Assembly: GCA_965644265.1 (NCBI GenBank)
Contig: OZ286461.1
Coordinates: 109,740,001 to 109,804,000 of the forward strand
Source of the DNA: Glycera tridactyla
Lineage: Eukaryota
Direction: 5' to 3'
Length of the DNA stretch: 64,000 nucleotides
Each line of letters starts with the position of its first letter. Positions within the stretch are counted from its first letter, which is position 1. Below are positions 24,721 through 36,917 of this stretch, piece by piece. The translations under genes were made by a program, and so were the position numbers. The notes beneath the pieces were generated by a model. The model searched no databases, had not been told where the DNA came from, and saw only the letters and a program-made list of their open reading frames with translations.

Positions 24721-25204
24721 GCACCAGGTTGATTCCAATTGATTTTGAATTGAACTCATCCTCCAATTATAATTTATTGGGGTCATAGAATATCCGTTGA
24801 ACAATAGATGTAGATCCAAGCGCCCATATAGGATGGCTCCATCACGGCCAAATCGTTTCACCATAATTTAGTTCTACCAAAATTTGACAGATCTTTTCAG
24901 TTGCTATGGTTTCCGATTATATCCACAACAGCTGGGAACATTTAATTCAAAAGTGGTTTCATCTATAGTTGCTGGAACGTGGCCCGGGACAGTGGTAGAA
25001 CGACCTCATTTCAAGAGTTAATCGTTGGTTGACATGGAAACCACATGATACAACCGCAGCATCGAGAGAGCTACAGTAGAGAGAGTTCCGGGAGCAGGCT
25101 GGACGGTCACATCCACCCACTACTTTAGATCTACGGCCGACTGATCGTATACGGGCCTTCATCAGCCAGGGACCCTGGGCCCAAGGCTGCACATGGGGCA
25201 CACC

Positions 25205-25268
25205 ATGTTGCCCTACGACTCACTTCGATTTATTTTACCCATCTTGTTGGCCTACGTCGCCCTTCCAG
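25205..25268 (+). CDS. GPX: GPx exon 1, signal peptide (MLPYDSLRFILPILLAYVALP)
   Basis: caccATG context, hydrophobic core, donor CCAG/GTGAGA in phase 1 matching exon 2; in-frame alternative ATG at 25193. Assigned by fit only. Confidence 0.65.
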
Positions 25269-25565
25269 GTGAGAGAGTAGATCTATATTAGAAATAGATC
25301 TACTTGGTTATTTTCGCTTTTAGATTCACTTTACACAAGGCTTTCTTTCAACATATGTTACATCAGCAGATCGGGCAGCGCATTGTATATGCGTTGATTA
25401 GATTTTACATAAGAATATAGATCTATTCAGTTGTTCGTTTTATACTTTGGATACTATTGGGTCTGCAGAATTCCGGGCTTGTTTATTACTTGATTGCCGT
25501 GGCCACTGGTGACGCAGCAGTCGAATATGAACACTGATGAACAAATTACAATGAATTGATCAGCC

Positions 25566-25634
<69 letters not shown>

Positions 25635-28600
25635 AAGTCTGTCAAATCCAAATGTGGCGGGTACGTTTCAGGCGCTAACTTCGACAATTTTCGTCTAATT
25701 CGACTTTTAATGGCACGAATAGATTGTGCAGATCTTCCGGCGATTAACGAATCAAGTCTCGGGTGATCTGTCTGCATTATAAGAGGAGTACGCCACCATT
25801 TCATTGCATTTTTACGACGAATCCGCCGCCATCATCGTCCGGTCGCCCCTATGTGAAACAATGGAGATACGGCCGCCGCACATGCCGCAATACTAGCGTG
25901 AAATCGACATATTTGGCGTTCTGAGATGAAATGAGCAAGGGAACTTCGCCGAGATTACATTTCTAGCCATCGGACATGTACACAAAGCCTGTCAGCAAGT
26001 TTCATCTCAATCGGAACCGAATTCGCGATGCTAGGGCGAAAAAGGTACCCGCCACGNNNNNNNNNNNNNNNNNNNNNNNNNNNNNNNNNNNNNNNNNNNN
26101 NNNNNNNNNNNNNNNNNNNNNNNNNNNNNNNNNNNNNNNNNNNNNNNNNNNNNNNNNNNNNNNNNNNNNNNNNNNNNNNNNNNNNNNNNNNNNNNNNNNN
26201 NNNNNNNNNNNNNNNNNNNNNNNNNNNNNNNNNNNNNNNNNNNNNNNNNNNNNNNNNNNNNAAGTATTGCGTTGCCATCGGGGATGATGTGGCTTAAATG
26301 TAGCATCATCCTTTCTCTTTTATCATGGCTCTCTTTCTTCATATCTGTCCTATCCCTCTAAGCTCTTTCATATTTTTTCGGTGAAATGGTCTCAAGTCTT
26401 TGTGGCTGGCAGTTTGCCTGTAACAGATATTGTCACTATGCAAAATGCGTGTACCAGGCACGCCAGTTCTGGGTTACTAGGGCTGCAACTAGGTTTACTA
26501 GGGTGGAATTGTACCGCAAATATAGGGCAACCAATTGTAAAGATGGTTTGAAGTTGACAGCTCATAATCGAGCACATTGTGTGTAGTTAGAGCCTTACGT
26601 TGTGTTGTTAGAGCTGTGTCTGAACTGTCAGCTACTCCCACTTGACAAGCTTTCAGGTTCCCAATCAACTTGTGTTCAGGGTTTGTGTAGGTGATGCCTG
26701 CGGGGACAGAATATCTAGCTTTCATTGACCAGGAACATACGGTTTACAAAATCCTCCGGTTTGATACACGTCGTTAAACATTAACCACTCAATCAATCAA
26801 TCTGTCCCTNNNNNNNNNNNNNNNNNNNNNNNNNNNNNNNNNNNNNNNNNNNNNNNNNNNNNNNNNNNNNNNNNNNNNNNNNNNNNNNNNNNNNNNNNNN
26901 NNNNNNNNNNNNNNNNNNNNNNNNNNNNNNNNNNNNNNNNNNNNNNNNNNNNNNNNNNNNNNNNNNNAAACACATCATCCAGCCATTGTTCATGGAAAGT
27001 GTAATTTCATGAACGCATTGTTTGCGCCCTCAATATTATCAACTGCAGGTACAGAAGTGATATGAACATACTTACACTAGCATGCACATATGTACATAGC
27101 ATGATCGCGTGCCGAGCCCAACAAACTTGACACAAATAATGGATGCAAACCATATATGAGGGCCATCCAATACATATGAATAATTCTGAGAATTAAATCA
27201 TTGATGGGAAATATAATTTCCATGTGAGGGTGATATAACCAACTTCATCACAACGGGTGGTTGGTTTGTTGGCTGGCATTTCAGGATAGAACTCAACACA
27301 TGGGACTATATATATGTCGTGTGTGCTAGATCTAGGCGTGCTATGAGTGAAGTGGAAGTAGACAACAGTTCAGGCACACCTCTTCCTACACACAGTGACA
27401 TAAATGAACATATGTGTGTCATATCGAACTATGTAACCGACTGGAGGTTGACACTAAAACCTGAAACGAAAAACACTTGGTGTCGTATCTCGATGACAGA
27501 ATAAGACAATCAACCGTGGTGGGAGACATTCATTTGGGTGTTCAATTCATCATGAACCATGAGCAAATGAGGACAAATGCAATGATTAATGATGTAAATC
27601 AGCGTACTGGTTGTCGCCATATCATTCAGAATGGTCTGGATTCGAAACCCGATGAGGTTTCTACTGATTCAGTTTAAATCCAGTCAAACAGGTAGCAGCG
27701 TTTTAGCCCCGTGGCACGGTCAATAAGGAGCTAGGCTGGCTGTGAATGTGATGGTAAAAGCACAGTAAAGGCCTATCTGATATGCATAACCTTGTGGCCC
27801 GCATCTGCATTTATATCGGGAACAATCGACATTTCCTGTATGGTCCTGAATGTATGAATAATTCGATACGCTATTGCTATGGTCACGATGAACTTCATTT
27901 GCGTATTCATTAGTCTCGAGTGTGCTGTATTTACATTACGTCATATGGCGTCGACGTGTTACGTCTTGCAACACATCATGTCCATCTATGACCTTGATTT
28001 GACATACCGGCGTCAATTTTGCGTTGTGCGTGAACCACGCATTTCAATTCGATAAATCTTACTCAGGATGAAAGCATGTGCATCAGCATCAACAACTTTC
28101 TGGTATATCAAATTTTCGTAAACTAGAAAATAAGATATCTTGACGTCGCCGATCCTAGAACTCGTAATTTATTTCCAGTGCGAGAGAAGACATAGCAGAC
28201 AATATTGTTAGATCACTTCATTACTTCGTTGCTTGATTGCTTGCTTGCTTGCCTGCTTGCTTGCTTGATTGATAAACGGATCGCCTATCGATTTCCGTAC
28301 GGTAGGCCGAAGAAATTTGTGATAGGGCTGATGGAAACAAGTGTCTCTCGAAAATAAAGATAGCTGACTTGCGATCTCACGTGTGTGGAACTAATTTGAA
28401 ATATCACATGAATCCAAATACAGTTGCACATTCTAGGTTTGGATTAATGTTAACACAGGTGGATAAACCACACAACGCTGACCAAGTCAAATCGTCATGC
28501 AGATACACGTCAGAATCTCTGCACTTTTAACTCTCAATACCATACATGGCAGACTAATGTAAACAGCATGCTGGCTCGCCTGGGAAACTACAGAGTTGAA

Positions 28601-30361
28601 TCCATGCATGCCGACTGGGATAGCAAAGGCCGCCCGTTTGAATAGGAGTCTATTCCCGAATGCACGTAAAAGAACCAATGCTGTCTTTCGCAAAGAGTAG
28701 GGGCGGTCCCTGGCAGCGGTGCCTCTCTTCTTCTATATTTCCAGTTTTAAGTCTGATATATCCCACGGAGGTTGAAAGGACGTTACACTGAAAGAAACAA
28801 ACAAATACCCGTCAGTATGAGCTGGAGCTCAGGTATCTTGCAATAATTAAGGTCAATACGTGATAGTATTCACTTCATTTATGTGTTATCACGACCTATC
28901 TAGCGATCAAAAAGGCCATTGCATTTCCTAAGACTCTCCGGCCGTAGAAGAAAATATGTTTCTTTGATAATCATGTGTGTTTGGTTGATAATGGTTAAAT
29001 TGAAGCAGTATGATCAATGCCAAGGATTGCAACATGGCAGTGAATGTTGCACTCCAAATAGGGACATATGTTATCTACATTCCTAAGAATTCAACAGAAA
29101 ACTTCTCCAAATGGTTGAAAATGAATCGTGACATAAACGTTGGTATTCTGGGAAATATTGCCTATTTCATTGTATCAACTAGTTGGAGTTGGAGTCGAAG
29201 CAGCGTAGGCTACCTAGGTAGCGGGACAGTTTGCTTGTCGTAAGCACGAAATTGATAAATGTGCAAATGTCACTTAGAAACATGCGTAATTAGCTAAACA
29301 AGAGCCTTCAATAATATTTATTCTGCAACCCTTCAATCTATACCCATAGGATAGCAAGCTTTGATCACATCAAAACCAAATCGCAGTGTCAAAACAGCGG
29401 GCTCTACTTCCTAAACCTAAAATTGCTTGTAATATTTCAGAGTTTGTTTCAGTTGATTCTCTACTATTCTGACATTCAAGGTTCTTATTTTGTTTCAGTT
29501 GACTGTCTGCAGTTTTCACAATGTTCTTCAAAACATTCCATCTATGAGTACGAGTTCCCAGATCTCGACGGTAGAAATGTCTCCCTCTCCAACTTTGCTG
29601 GCAGTGTTCTCCTCATCGTGAACACTGCAACCTTCTGAAGTGAGTATTGATGACTAGTGGTAGATGGTATCTGCAAATGTGGGTCAAACATTTTGACCAA
29701 GTACATGTATAGCTAAACTAGGAATTTCTAACTATCGATGCCCTGGGTAGACTCGAGCCTGATGTCCTCCCAGTAAACCAGAGGGACTTGCAAAAGTAAT
29801 ACAGTTTGTTGGATCATTTCTATGACTTGTGCCCTGGAAGATTGGGGCAGGGACAAAGGCAGCAAAACAGACGACAGCGTCGACGACGGCGATGGCAATG
29901 GCGATGATGGTGATGGCAGGAGCGGCGGGGCTGAACGTACGAGACAATATCACTCAGTGAAGTTTTTTGTCTTTCAGAATACACCATGCAGTACGTCGGT
30001 TTGAATGCACTACAATCGAGGTACGCTGATGATCTTGTCGTTCTTGCTTTCCCTTGTAATCAGTTCGGCCTGCAAGAGCCTGGCCGAAATACGGAGATTC
30101 TCAACGGGCTTCAGTACGTCCGTCCTGGTGACGGCTATCAGCCCGTATTCCCGGTCTTCGCCAAGACTGAAGTCAATGGGCCTGACGAATCGCCCCTGTA
30201 CACCCATCTCAAGGTACTGTTCAAATTTCATACTAATTTCTTAGACAATGATACGAATGTGGGATAGAAACTAGAAAGCTAGAAAACCCTGCCCAAGGAG
30301 AGATTCTGAAAACAACAAGACAGACGTACAGACAAATAGACCGAAAGAGGGACAGATGATC

Positions 30362-30449
<88 letters not shown>

Positions 30450-31613
30450 TTATAAAGAATGCCCCGAGTGCCGTGTGCGGAGACACGTTACCGGTCGAGT
30501 AGCTGGTCCCGGGACAGCACGAGTGGCCGGAGGCCACGAGTGCGGCCTCGGGGCCCAGCTACGAGGCCGGTAACGTGTCTCCGCACACGGCACGAGTGAC
30601 ATTCTTAATTTATCATCCAATCTGTGTATTAAACAAGTTAAATTCAACATTTGAAAGCTTTAAAGTGTAAAAATCCCGCCGTATCTTAGTAGGCTACCAG
30701 CAGTTGACCTGTGAACTTGATTATTACGTCACAATGCGGGCCACGGTAAACAATCGATCAGGCGCGCTCGGAGATCGTGTCACCATGGTGACGGAACTCG
30801 GCACGGCACCCTCCAAGCGGGTGGTTCGATTTTAGATTACCACCCGGTAGCGAACCACCACGATGAACGACGATTACCAGCATGATGGAGCCTCGATCGG
30901 ATGATAAAGACAGANNNNNNNNNNNNNNNNNNNNNNNNNNNNNNNNNNNNNNNNNNNNNNNNNNNNNNNNNNNNNNNNNNNNNNNNNNNNNNNNNNNNNN
31001 NNNNNNNNNNNNNNNNNNNNNNNNNNNNNNNNNNNNNNNNNNNNNNNNNNNNNNNNNNNNNNNNNNNNNNNNNNNNNNNNNNNNNNNNNNNNNNNNNNNN
31101 NNNNNNNNNNNNNNNNNNNNNNNNNNNNNNNNNNNNNNNNNNNNNNNNNNNNNNNNNNNNNNNNNNNNNNNNNAACGACCGCCTTCGGTCGCATCGAAAA
31201 TTGGTCTTTGTGGGCAGGTGGTCTTTATAGAGAGGTCATTTACTATTGAAATTACTATCACGGTCGCACCTCAGGGCGGTCTTTATAGGCAGGTGGTCTT
31301 TATCGAGAGGTAATCTTTAGAGTAGGTTCGACTGTAGATAGATAGATGAATACAATTAGAATTTTAAATCTTGATGCTTGAATTGGGACTCACTAAATGA
31401 TGAATATTTGCTCCATTTCAGAATGCGTGTGGGCCCACCTCAAAGGAGTTTGGCGACAGCACCATGATGTTTTGGAATCCCATCAAAATAACGGACATCA
31501 CGTGGAATTTCGAGAAGTTTCTGGTTGATCGAAACGGCCGACCCCGCTATAGGTTCCACCCGAGCGTCGAACCGGAAGATATGGAAACCCACATTCTATC
31601 TTTGATCTTGTGA
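25205..31613 (+). CDS. GPX: Secreted selenocysteine-containing glutathione peroxidase (GPx3-like), 4 exons, 210 aa
   Basis: Exons 25205-25268, 29499-29639, 29978-30213 and 31422-31613 all have GT-AG boundaries in compatible phases (633 nt). The product contains LLIVNTATF-U (TGA 29636-29638), LAFPCNQFGLQEPG and DITWNFEKFL, so the U/Q/W/N tetrad is intact. Confidence 0.9.
25567..25634. repeat. (TATC)n microsatellite
   Basis: Directly visible. Confidence 0.95.
26580..26805 (+). mobile_element. SINE-like family X, copy 4, with cgttaaa..(CAAT)n tail
   Basis: Its reverse complement aligns with 24490-24620. Confidence 0.6.
28600..28805 (+). mobile_element. SINE-like family Y, copy 2 (may extend further 5')
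   Basis: Aligns with 15359-15564, including the gttgaaaggacgtta..aaacaaacaaa tail. Confidence 0.65.
29499..29639 (+). CDS. GPX: GPx exon 2, containing the Sec codon
   Basis: Acceptor tgtttcag; SIYEYEFPDLDGRNVSLSNFAGSVLLIVNTATF-TGA-A; donor GTGAGT at 29640. Confidence 0.92.
29978..30213 (+). CDS. GPX: GPx exon 3
   Basis: Acceptor gtctttcag; YTMQYVGLNALQ..AFPCNQFGLQEPG..YVRPG..VNG..PLYTHLK; donor GTACTG. Confidence 0.93.
30268..30450 (-). repeat. (CAGA)n microsatellite with a HINE-like CTAGTT end
   Basis: (CAGA)n at 30361-30448; the minus strand ends ttctagtttc, like the atctagtt end of HINE B. Confidence 0.5.
30455..30606. mobile_element. GC-rich palindromic MITE-like element
   Basis: Perfect 27-bp inverted arms 30468-30494/30567-30593, plus outer AAGAATG/CATTCTT and inner GTAGCTGG/CCAGCTAC pairs. 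Confidence 0.75.
31174..31334. mobile_element. Partial Tc1/pogo-type MITE (one end in the gap)
   Basis: Ends aggttcgactg-TA; internal aggtggtct motifs shared with other CAGT-ended MITEs in the window. Confidence 0.55.
31422..31613 (+). CDS. GPX: GPx exon 4 (terminal)
   Basis: Acceptor catttcag; NACGPT..PIKITDITWNFEKFLVDRNGRPRYRFHP..LIL-TGA. Confidence 0.93.
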   Translation, partial: NACGPTSKEFGDSTMMFWNPIKITDITWNFEKFLVDRNGRPRYRFHPSVEPEDMETHILSLIL

Positions 31614-32414
31614 ATGGAAATCCTCATTTTGAAATATCTTCTATTATCAAAAGGACTCAAGCAAATGTATCCATCCTTCCAAACTGATTTTCAATAGACA
31701 CGACCATTGTCCATAAAATTCTTGACAACAAAAGGACACCCTCTGGACGGCAGATTATGGGGGGGGGGGGCATCTAATTGTCACGACAGATTCCTGTCTA
31801 GACAGTCCCGATAGAAATTGCAGCAAAGTAATATCAGCATATGACGGTGGTGAGGAGGTTTCTGTGTAACTAGCCGCAGCGAAATGCATCTTACTTTTCC
31901 ATGTGGAATCCTCGAATTGGAATCGGGGGGGGGGGGGGGGGGTTTCACCTAGGTGAAATACAATGATGAGACCAGTCAACCATCTTGAAACAAACAAGCT
32001 GAAGTTTTAGAGTACGGTCGAATTTGTCCTAAGCAAGACTTGTAGTAAGCAAAAACTTGCCCTAAACAACATGATTTTTGTAATCCCACCACAGTATTTG
32101 TCACTATGAATGATCTTTACTAAGCATGAACTTGCTCTAAGCACACAAGTTTTTCACGTCCCGAAGATTCTTGTTTACGACAGGTCTGACAGGAGAATCT
32201 GCATGCTTGTAATTCTTACATGTGTGCTCTTCAATCTCAGCTTGTGTTCGCATAGCGCAAAGTGATGTGAAATTGTCTAGCTATCACTTTGTGCTGCTTC
32301 TTGTGGTGCCTGAAATGTTGAATTGCTAAGCGAAAATAGCCCATAAATGTCAACACTGCAGTGTTTGCTTCAGTGAATGATTGGACATTTTATCTCGGAT
32401 GTGTTTGGATGCGA

Positions 32415-32480
32415 AACGGCCTGATGACGATTTCTCCTAAAAGCTACTCCATGTAGTCTGGTGAGATCCGATATGGAAGA
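32415..32480 (+). promoter_or_regulatory. Type II SECIS element in the GPx 3' UTR
   Basis: ATGA at 32424, then 11 nt to AAAA (32439-32442). Helix II GATTTCTCC pairs with GGTGAGATC; mini-stem GCTAC/GTAGT; 3' core C-GA-T at 32469-32472. AATAAA at 32966-32971. Confidence 0.85.
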
Positions 32481-34149
32481 ACATGCGACACGTGGTTTGT
32501 GCATTCACCCGTGACGATGATGACTTCCGTTGTCTCACATCAAACACATCTCGAGCTTGCGTCCTCCTTTACAGACACGACAAACCTATTTCAGGTATGC
32601 TAGAGTGTGGATCCCTGACGTCATTTGGGATATTATCGCGAATTTCAACATTCCATGTTATATTTCTGATCTGTCTTTGTTTGATGCCATTGATTAGATG
32701 CATTGACGTCTCCACTTTGGTTGTAAACGCAATGTGCTACCTTAGAAGACCTCCTGATGTTGTGTTTGCCATTCCGCAATTGGTTTCGTACTAATCTTCC
32801 AAATAATACATTGGCACCACGTCTTTCCAATTGATGATGTGCATTATATTTTACCAACAGTATCCACGCAACTTTAACCCATTCCTACTGTGCACCATCG
32901 GTATATGATTATGAGAGGTTATCGATTTGCTGTGTGCATAATGCTATATCTATATCGTCTTGAAAAATAAAAGGAGATTGAATTATAACTTTGAATGTGT
33001 CAGCATTTAATTTTGAGATGTTCTGGGTCCCATCGGTGTTCATAGGGGCAGAGTAAAATATTTATTCTCGGTAATGTAGTTCAGAATCATTAGTAGCCAT
33101 GACCTGATATTCGACAAAAGTCAAAGGTCCGATCAGAAGTAGCGGGAACACCATTTCGGAAGCAGGAGATAGACATGTACCACGATGTGGAATCATATGA
33201 GAGAATCGTCTCACTCCGAGTAATCTACCTCAACCTATCAAGATTTTATTGGCAAAACATACATCTACATGTCTCCTTTCGTTTTGGAATGAAAGATATG
33301 GCGGGGATTTTCTCATCTGTCTCGAGCAACTTATATTTCTTGCAGGATTAGTTGAATTCATATATGTATATACAATATTCGTTACCATATGTGACATAAT
33401 ATAAGGAAACACACGAACAAATGTCACCCTGAAATGCTTCAAGTTGGATTTCCTGTCTTCGGAAGCCGAATGCTTGAATCTCCAACCTCATGCTCGCATA
33501 TCATAATGAATGATAACAGACGATCGTCAGTGCTCATGTCCGGAAATTCTCGCGAGGTCCTTTGGGCAAAATTACAAACGCTCTTTATTCTTGGGATAAT
33601 GAGAAGGTTGTGCCACGATGAAATATTGTATGTTCACCTATCAGCAAACCGATCACACAAGGTCTTAAACAAACACCGAGAAAATGCACACCGCAACTTC
33701 ATTTTCGACAACAAAGTTCCCCCAGTTTGTAAAGATGCTATGCACCGAGTACTGCGAGTTTTGCTAGTTTATTTCAGGATTGGATATCGCTACATCTTGC
33801 CGTGCAATGAGTTTATCAGATTCACTGCCTTGGACTGGCTCAGACTGGTTTGAGACGCTATGAAGGTATACTTATCCATACTTTTCTTATCTCTTCTTCT
33901 GTATATTTCTTTCACTCGGTAATATTGATTTCTCAACCTATTGTGAATCATTTCGAATTTTCGTCACATGCGCAAAGTTCCTGAGAATTGAAAAAGAATC
34001 TTCGTGAGCATGCCTTAAGACTTTAAAAAGTTTATTCCCAAGTCATCCTCTATATTTCTTGGTATTGGGTCGCCATATCATAAATTAGGATGGATGTCAC
34101 CACATGCATCTGCCAGAATAGTAAACTGTAGCAACATATCTACGCATTA

Positions 34150-34225
34150 AACAGCAACAGCAGCAACAACATTTACATGCATGATGACAACGATGATGTC
34201 AACAACAACAACAACAACAACAATA
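34150..34225. repeat. (AAC/AGC)n microsatellite
   Basis: Directly visible. Confidence 0.8.
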
Positions 34226-35369
34226 TAGGTGATAACCAAGATAGCTACGATAATAGTGAGAATAGGTATGTGGACTCCAAAGGAAAGACAGCGATTCCAA
34301 AACACGATCGCCAATCTCATACACAAAAGGTAGTTGTCAAAGAATAGTTGTTTCCTACTGTGGTTGATGCAATAATTGTTAGCCTCGTTTATGATAAAAG
34401 AAATGCAATGTGATCCAATCAACTTAATTGATAAGATGGTTTCATTACTTCATATTCCGTGAGGTCTTAACGTGAATCAAGTTTCATTGAAGTGCCCCCA
34501 GAAACCAGAGATCAGGAATCCTGTTTTCCAGCCTGTCCGTTGAATAGATGGCGAACTCCCCACGTGTACTGCGCCAATGGTCGTAACTTTGTTAAATCAC
34601 AGACATGTTCTGGTCACATTTGATGCCGAATGTGAATGAATATCACTGGGAACAATTCCGTGCACCTTTCTAAAACCATATTACCTTCGTTTGGGTTCTT
34701 GGTTTTGTAGGCATATCTTTTTTCTTCATGTCGACAATACTGGTCTCACTATCATTCACTTTTAGACTTATGAGGCCTATTTATCCTCTTTGACATTCCA
34801 AAAATCATGGGCGACGCATGGGGCAGATGGGTGTCCATACCTTGAGGGGAAGGGGGTGAAGACTTGCGAGCCATCTGCCCCCCCCCCCCCAAGGTTCTTG
34901 TATGTCCTTGACTTAGGAGGTCATCTTACATATTACCCCTTTTCATCAGACATATGACCCCCAGCACAAATTTTGGTGGCCCTTAGATAGCATATGTAAC
35001 CAGGATATCCCTCAAGTATCAAACATGTAGCGCAAAAAGCAACACACACTTTGTTCGGAAAATGATCCTAGTCACAATCCATGACTTTGAAGAATATTTC
35101 TACAAATAAACCAGGAGCAGCTATACATTCGCCATAGACCCCCAGACAGACACACAAACAGACAGACAGACAGACAGACGAGAACACCGTCAGACAGACA
35201 GACAGGAATTAATTTAATGATAAATCGGTCAAAAACAACAGGGGTGTTCAAATAATACACTATAGAGACGAATCAATATTGCTCTACTGGAAATGTATTT
35301 ATCGATGCGCAACCATAATGATAACTCCGCCATCTCGTGATTGCAAGGCAAACCACTAGGGCGCCCAGT

Positions 35370-35535
35370 GTGATTGGTGGAAAATGTAGGTCAAAGGTTG
35401 CGAGGGCTTCCCGCCATTTGTTTTCACGTACGAATGGTAAACAACATACTGATAGTTCGCACAACTTTACCTTGACGGGACCATCCGATTATCCATTCCC
35501 GGTATCTCTCTATGTGCGCGAATGTCGAAAAGGTA
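35370..35535 (+). promoter_or_regulatory. Candidate ATAD5 promoter / non-coding first exon
   Basis: CpG-rich. Reverse CCAAT (gattgg 35372-35377), overlapping E2F-like TTCCCGCC and YY1-like CCGCCATTT (35408-35420), possible donor AAG/GTAACA at 35533. Motif inference only. Confidence 0.3.
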
Positions 35536-35983
35536 ACAGCGAATTTTCGTTCTTGTTCGATTCTCTCCCGGTGTCCTGGTGACGCATTGAATGTTGATTC
35601 GGCTCGACGCGAGCTGTCCTCTCGTCTTTCTGTGTAGTCGGAATCAGGGATGTTGATTGTTCAAATATCCGTAACATTTAAGTTTTTCGAGTTGATTTGT
35701 TGAAGATTGATGATCCCGAGTGCTCTGTGATCCTAGGCCGTGGGTACCACGTCCTGGCGATTGGGTCGACGCCTCCATGTTCACAAATGATTTGTGCATG
35801 TTGATTCGCCCCCCCCCCCCTCCCATGTCCATCAATTCACTCAAATTTGACACACAGGGAAATGCCAAGTATTTTCAGGGGTCCAGAATGGATTGCCATG
35901 GTATCTTGATATTCAGCAAAATATGATGGATACCCATTACCTGATTACATGCTCCAGTCTTCTTTTCTCATCCAATTTAGTTA

Positions 35984-36917
35984 CCAGGTCGCGGACAACG
36001 TCTCTATTGGGCTACGTAGCTCATTTGGAGGGCGTTAGTCAATTAACGGACGCCTCGCAATTGACGGACGCCTAACAAACTGCAGTTTCTCGCCATTATA
36101 AGTGATATTTCGTCAAAAAGCCAACAGAACGAGATAGAGGACATCAAAAGCGTAAGACATGAGAAGTTTGGAGGCTATCGATCTCGTTTCTGAGCGCTGG
36201 TGACGAATTTTCCAAGCGACATCGATCCCGAAACTCAACCTTCCTCCAGCATTTCTGCCACGCGCAAAATTGAGAAAGCCGCCGCAACGAGATTTTTCGT
36301 ATGTAAAAAGAAAACAAAATTCCCCAACGATTGTATGTATTACATTTTGAATCCTATGTATTCATTTTTTTATATCGTGGCCGAAAGTCGGCGATGTCAG
36401 ATGAAAACAATCGCCGCCATCTTGGTTTTTCACTCGCCGACTTCCCAACTTTGAAGCTGGATATTTCAGCAACCGCCCAGAATAGAACAAAAGCGAATAC
36501 AGGGTTGTAATGACAAGGGTTGGGAGATTACTCGATCAAAGTTTCGTAATTTTTCAACGTTTTTATCCCTCCCAAATACGAGTGCAAAGTTATGATTTTA
36601 CGGCAAACTTTCGCCATTGCGAATCACACGCTCCCGCCATACCATGTTGGAGACCCCTGGCGGCAGTAGCCGGCCATGGATTCCCCCACAGATCGCCGCC
36701 ATTTGCAACTTTTCCATCTAAAAATCAGTCAAAACCATCGTTTTCTGACATATTATGATGGTTACCGGTGAGAGTTGATGTATTTATGGCCGTACATCGC
36801 AAATATTCGCGATTTTTCGAAATCGTGATGACGTCATCGGGAAACATCCGTCCGTCAAATTACTAACGCCCTCCAATTGGGCTACGTAGCCCATTTCAGA
36901 CGTTGTCCGCGACCTGG
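35984..36917. mobile_element. Non-autonomous DNA transposon with ~75-bp imperfect TIRs and TTA flanks (PIF/Harbinger-like TSD)
   Basis: tta/CCAGGTCGCGGACAACGTCT..GGAGGGCGTTAGT at left; reverse complement ..AGACGTTGTCCGCGACCTGG/tta at right. Confidence 0.75.

Noticed and set aside
29636-29638. TGA read as evidence that GPx is a pseudogene
   Set aside because: It falls exactly at the catalytic Sec position, all other exons are intact and a SECIS is present.
7799-31313. ORFs containing X runs (near 6.6, 8.0, 10.4, 26.1, 26.9 and 31.0 kb)
   Set aside because: They stay open only because they cross N gaps.
31835-31890. First SECIS candidate (catATGAcggtgg..gcGAaatg)
   Set aside because: Helix II does not pair next to the core and there is no AA at the 11-12-nt position; the 32424 candidate fits all criteria.
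33434-33853. 139-aa ORF downstream of GPx
   Set aside because: No recognisable domain, non-ATG start and no exon context; possibly old repeat debris.
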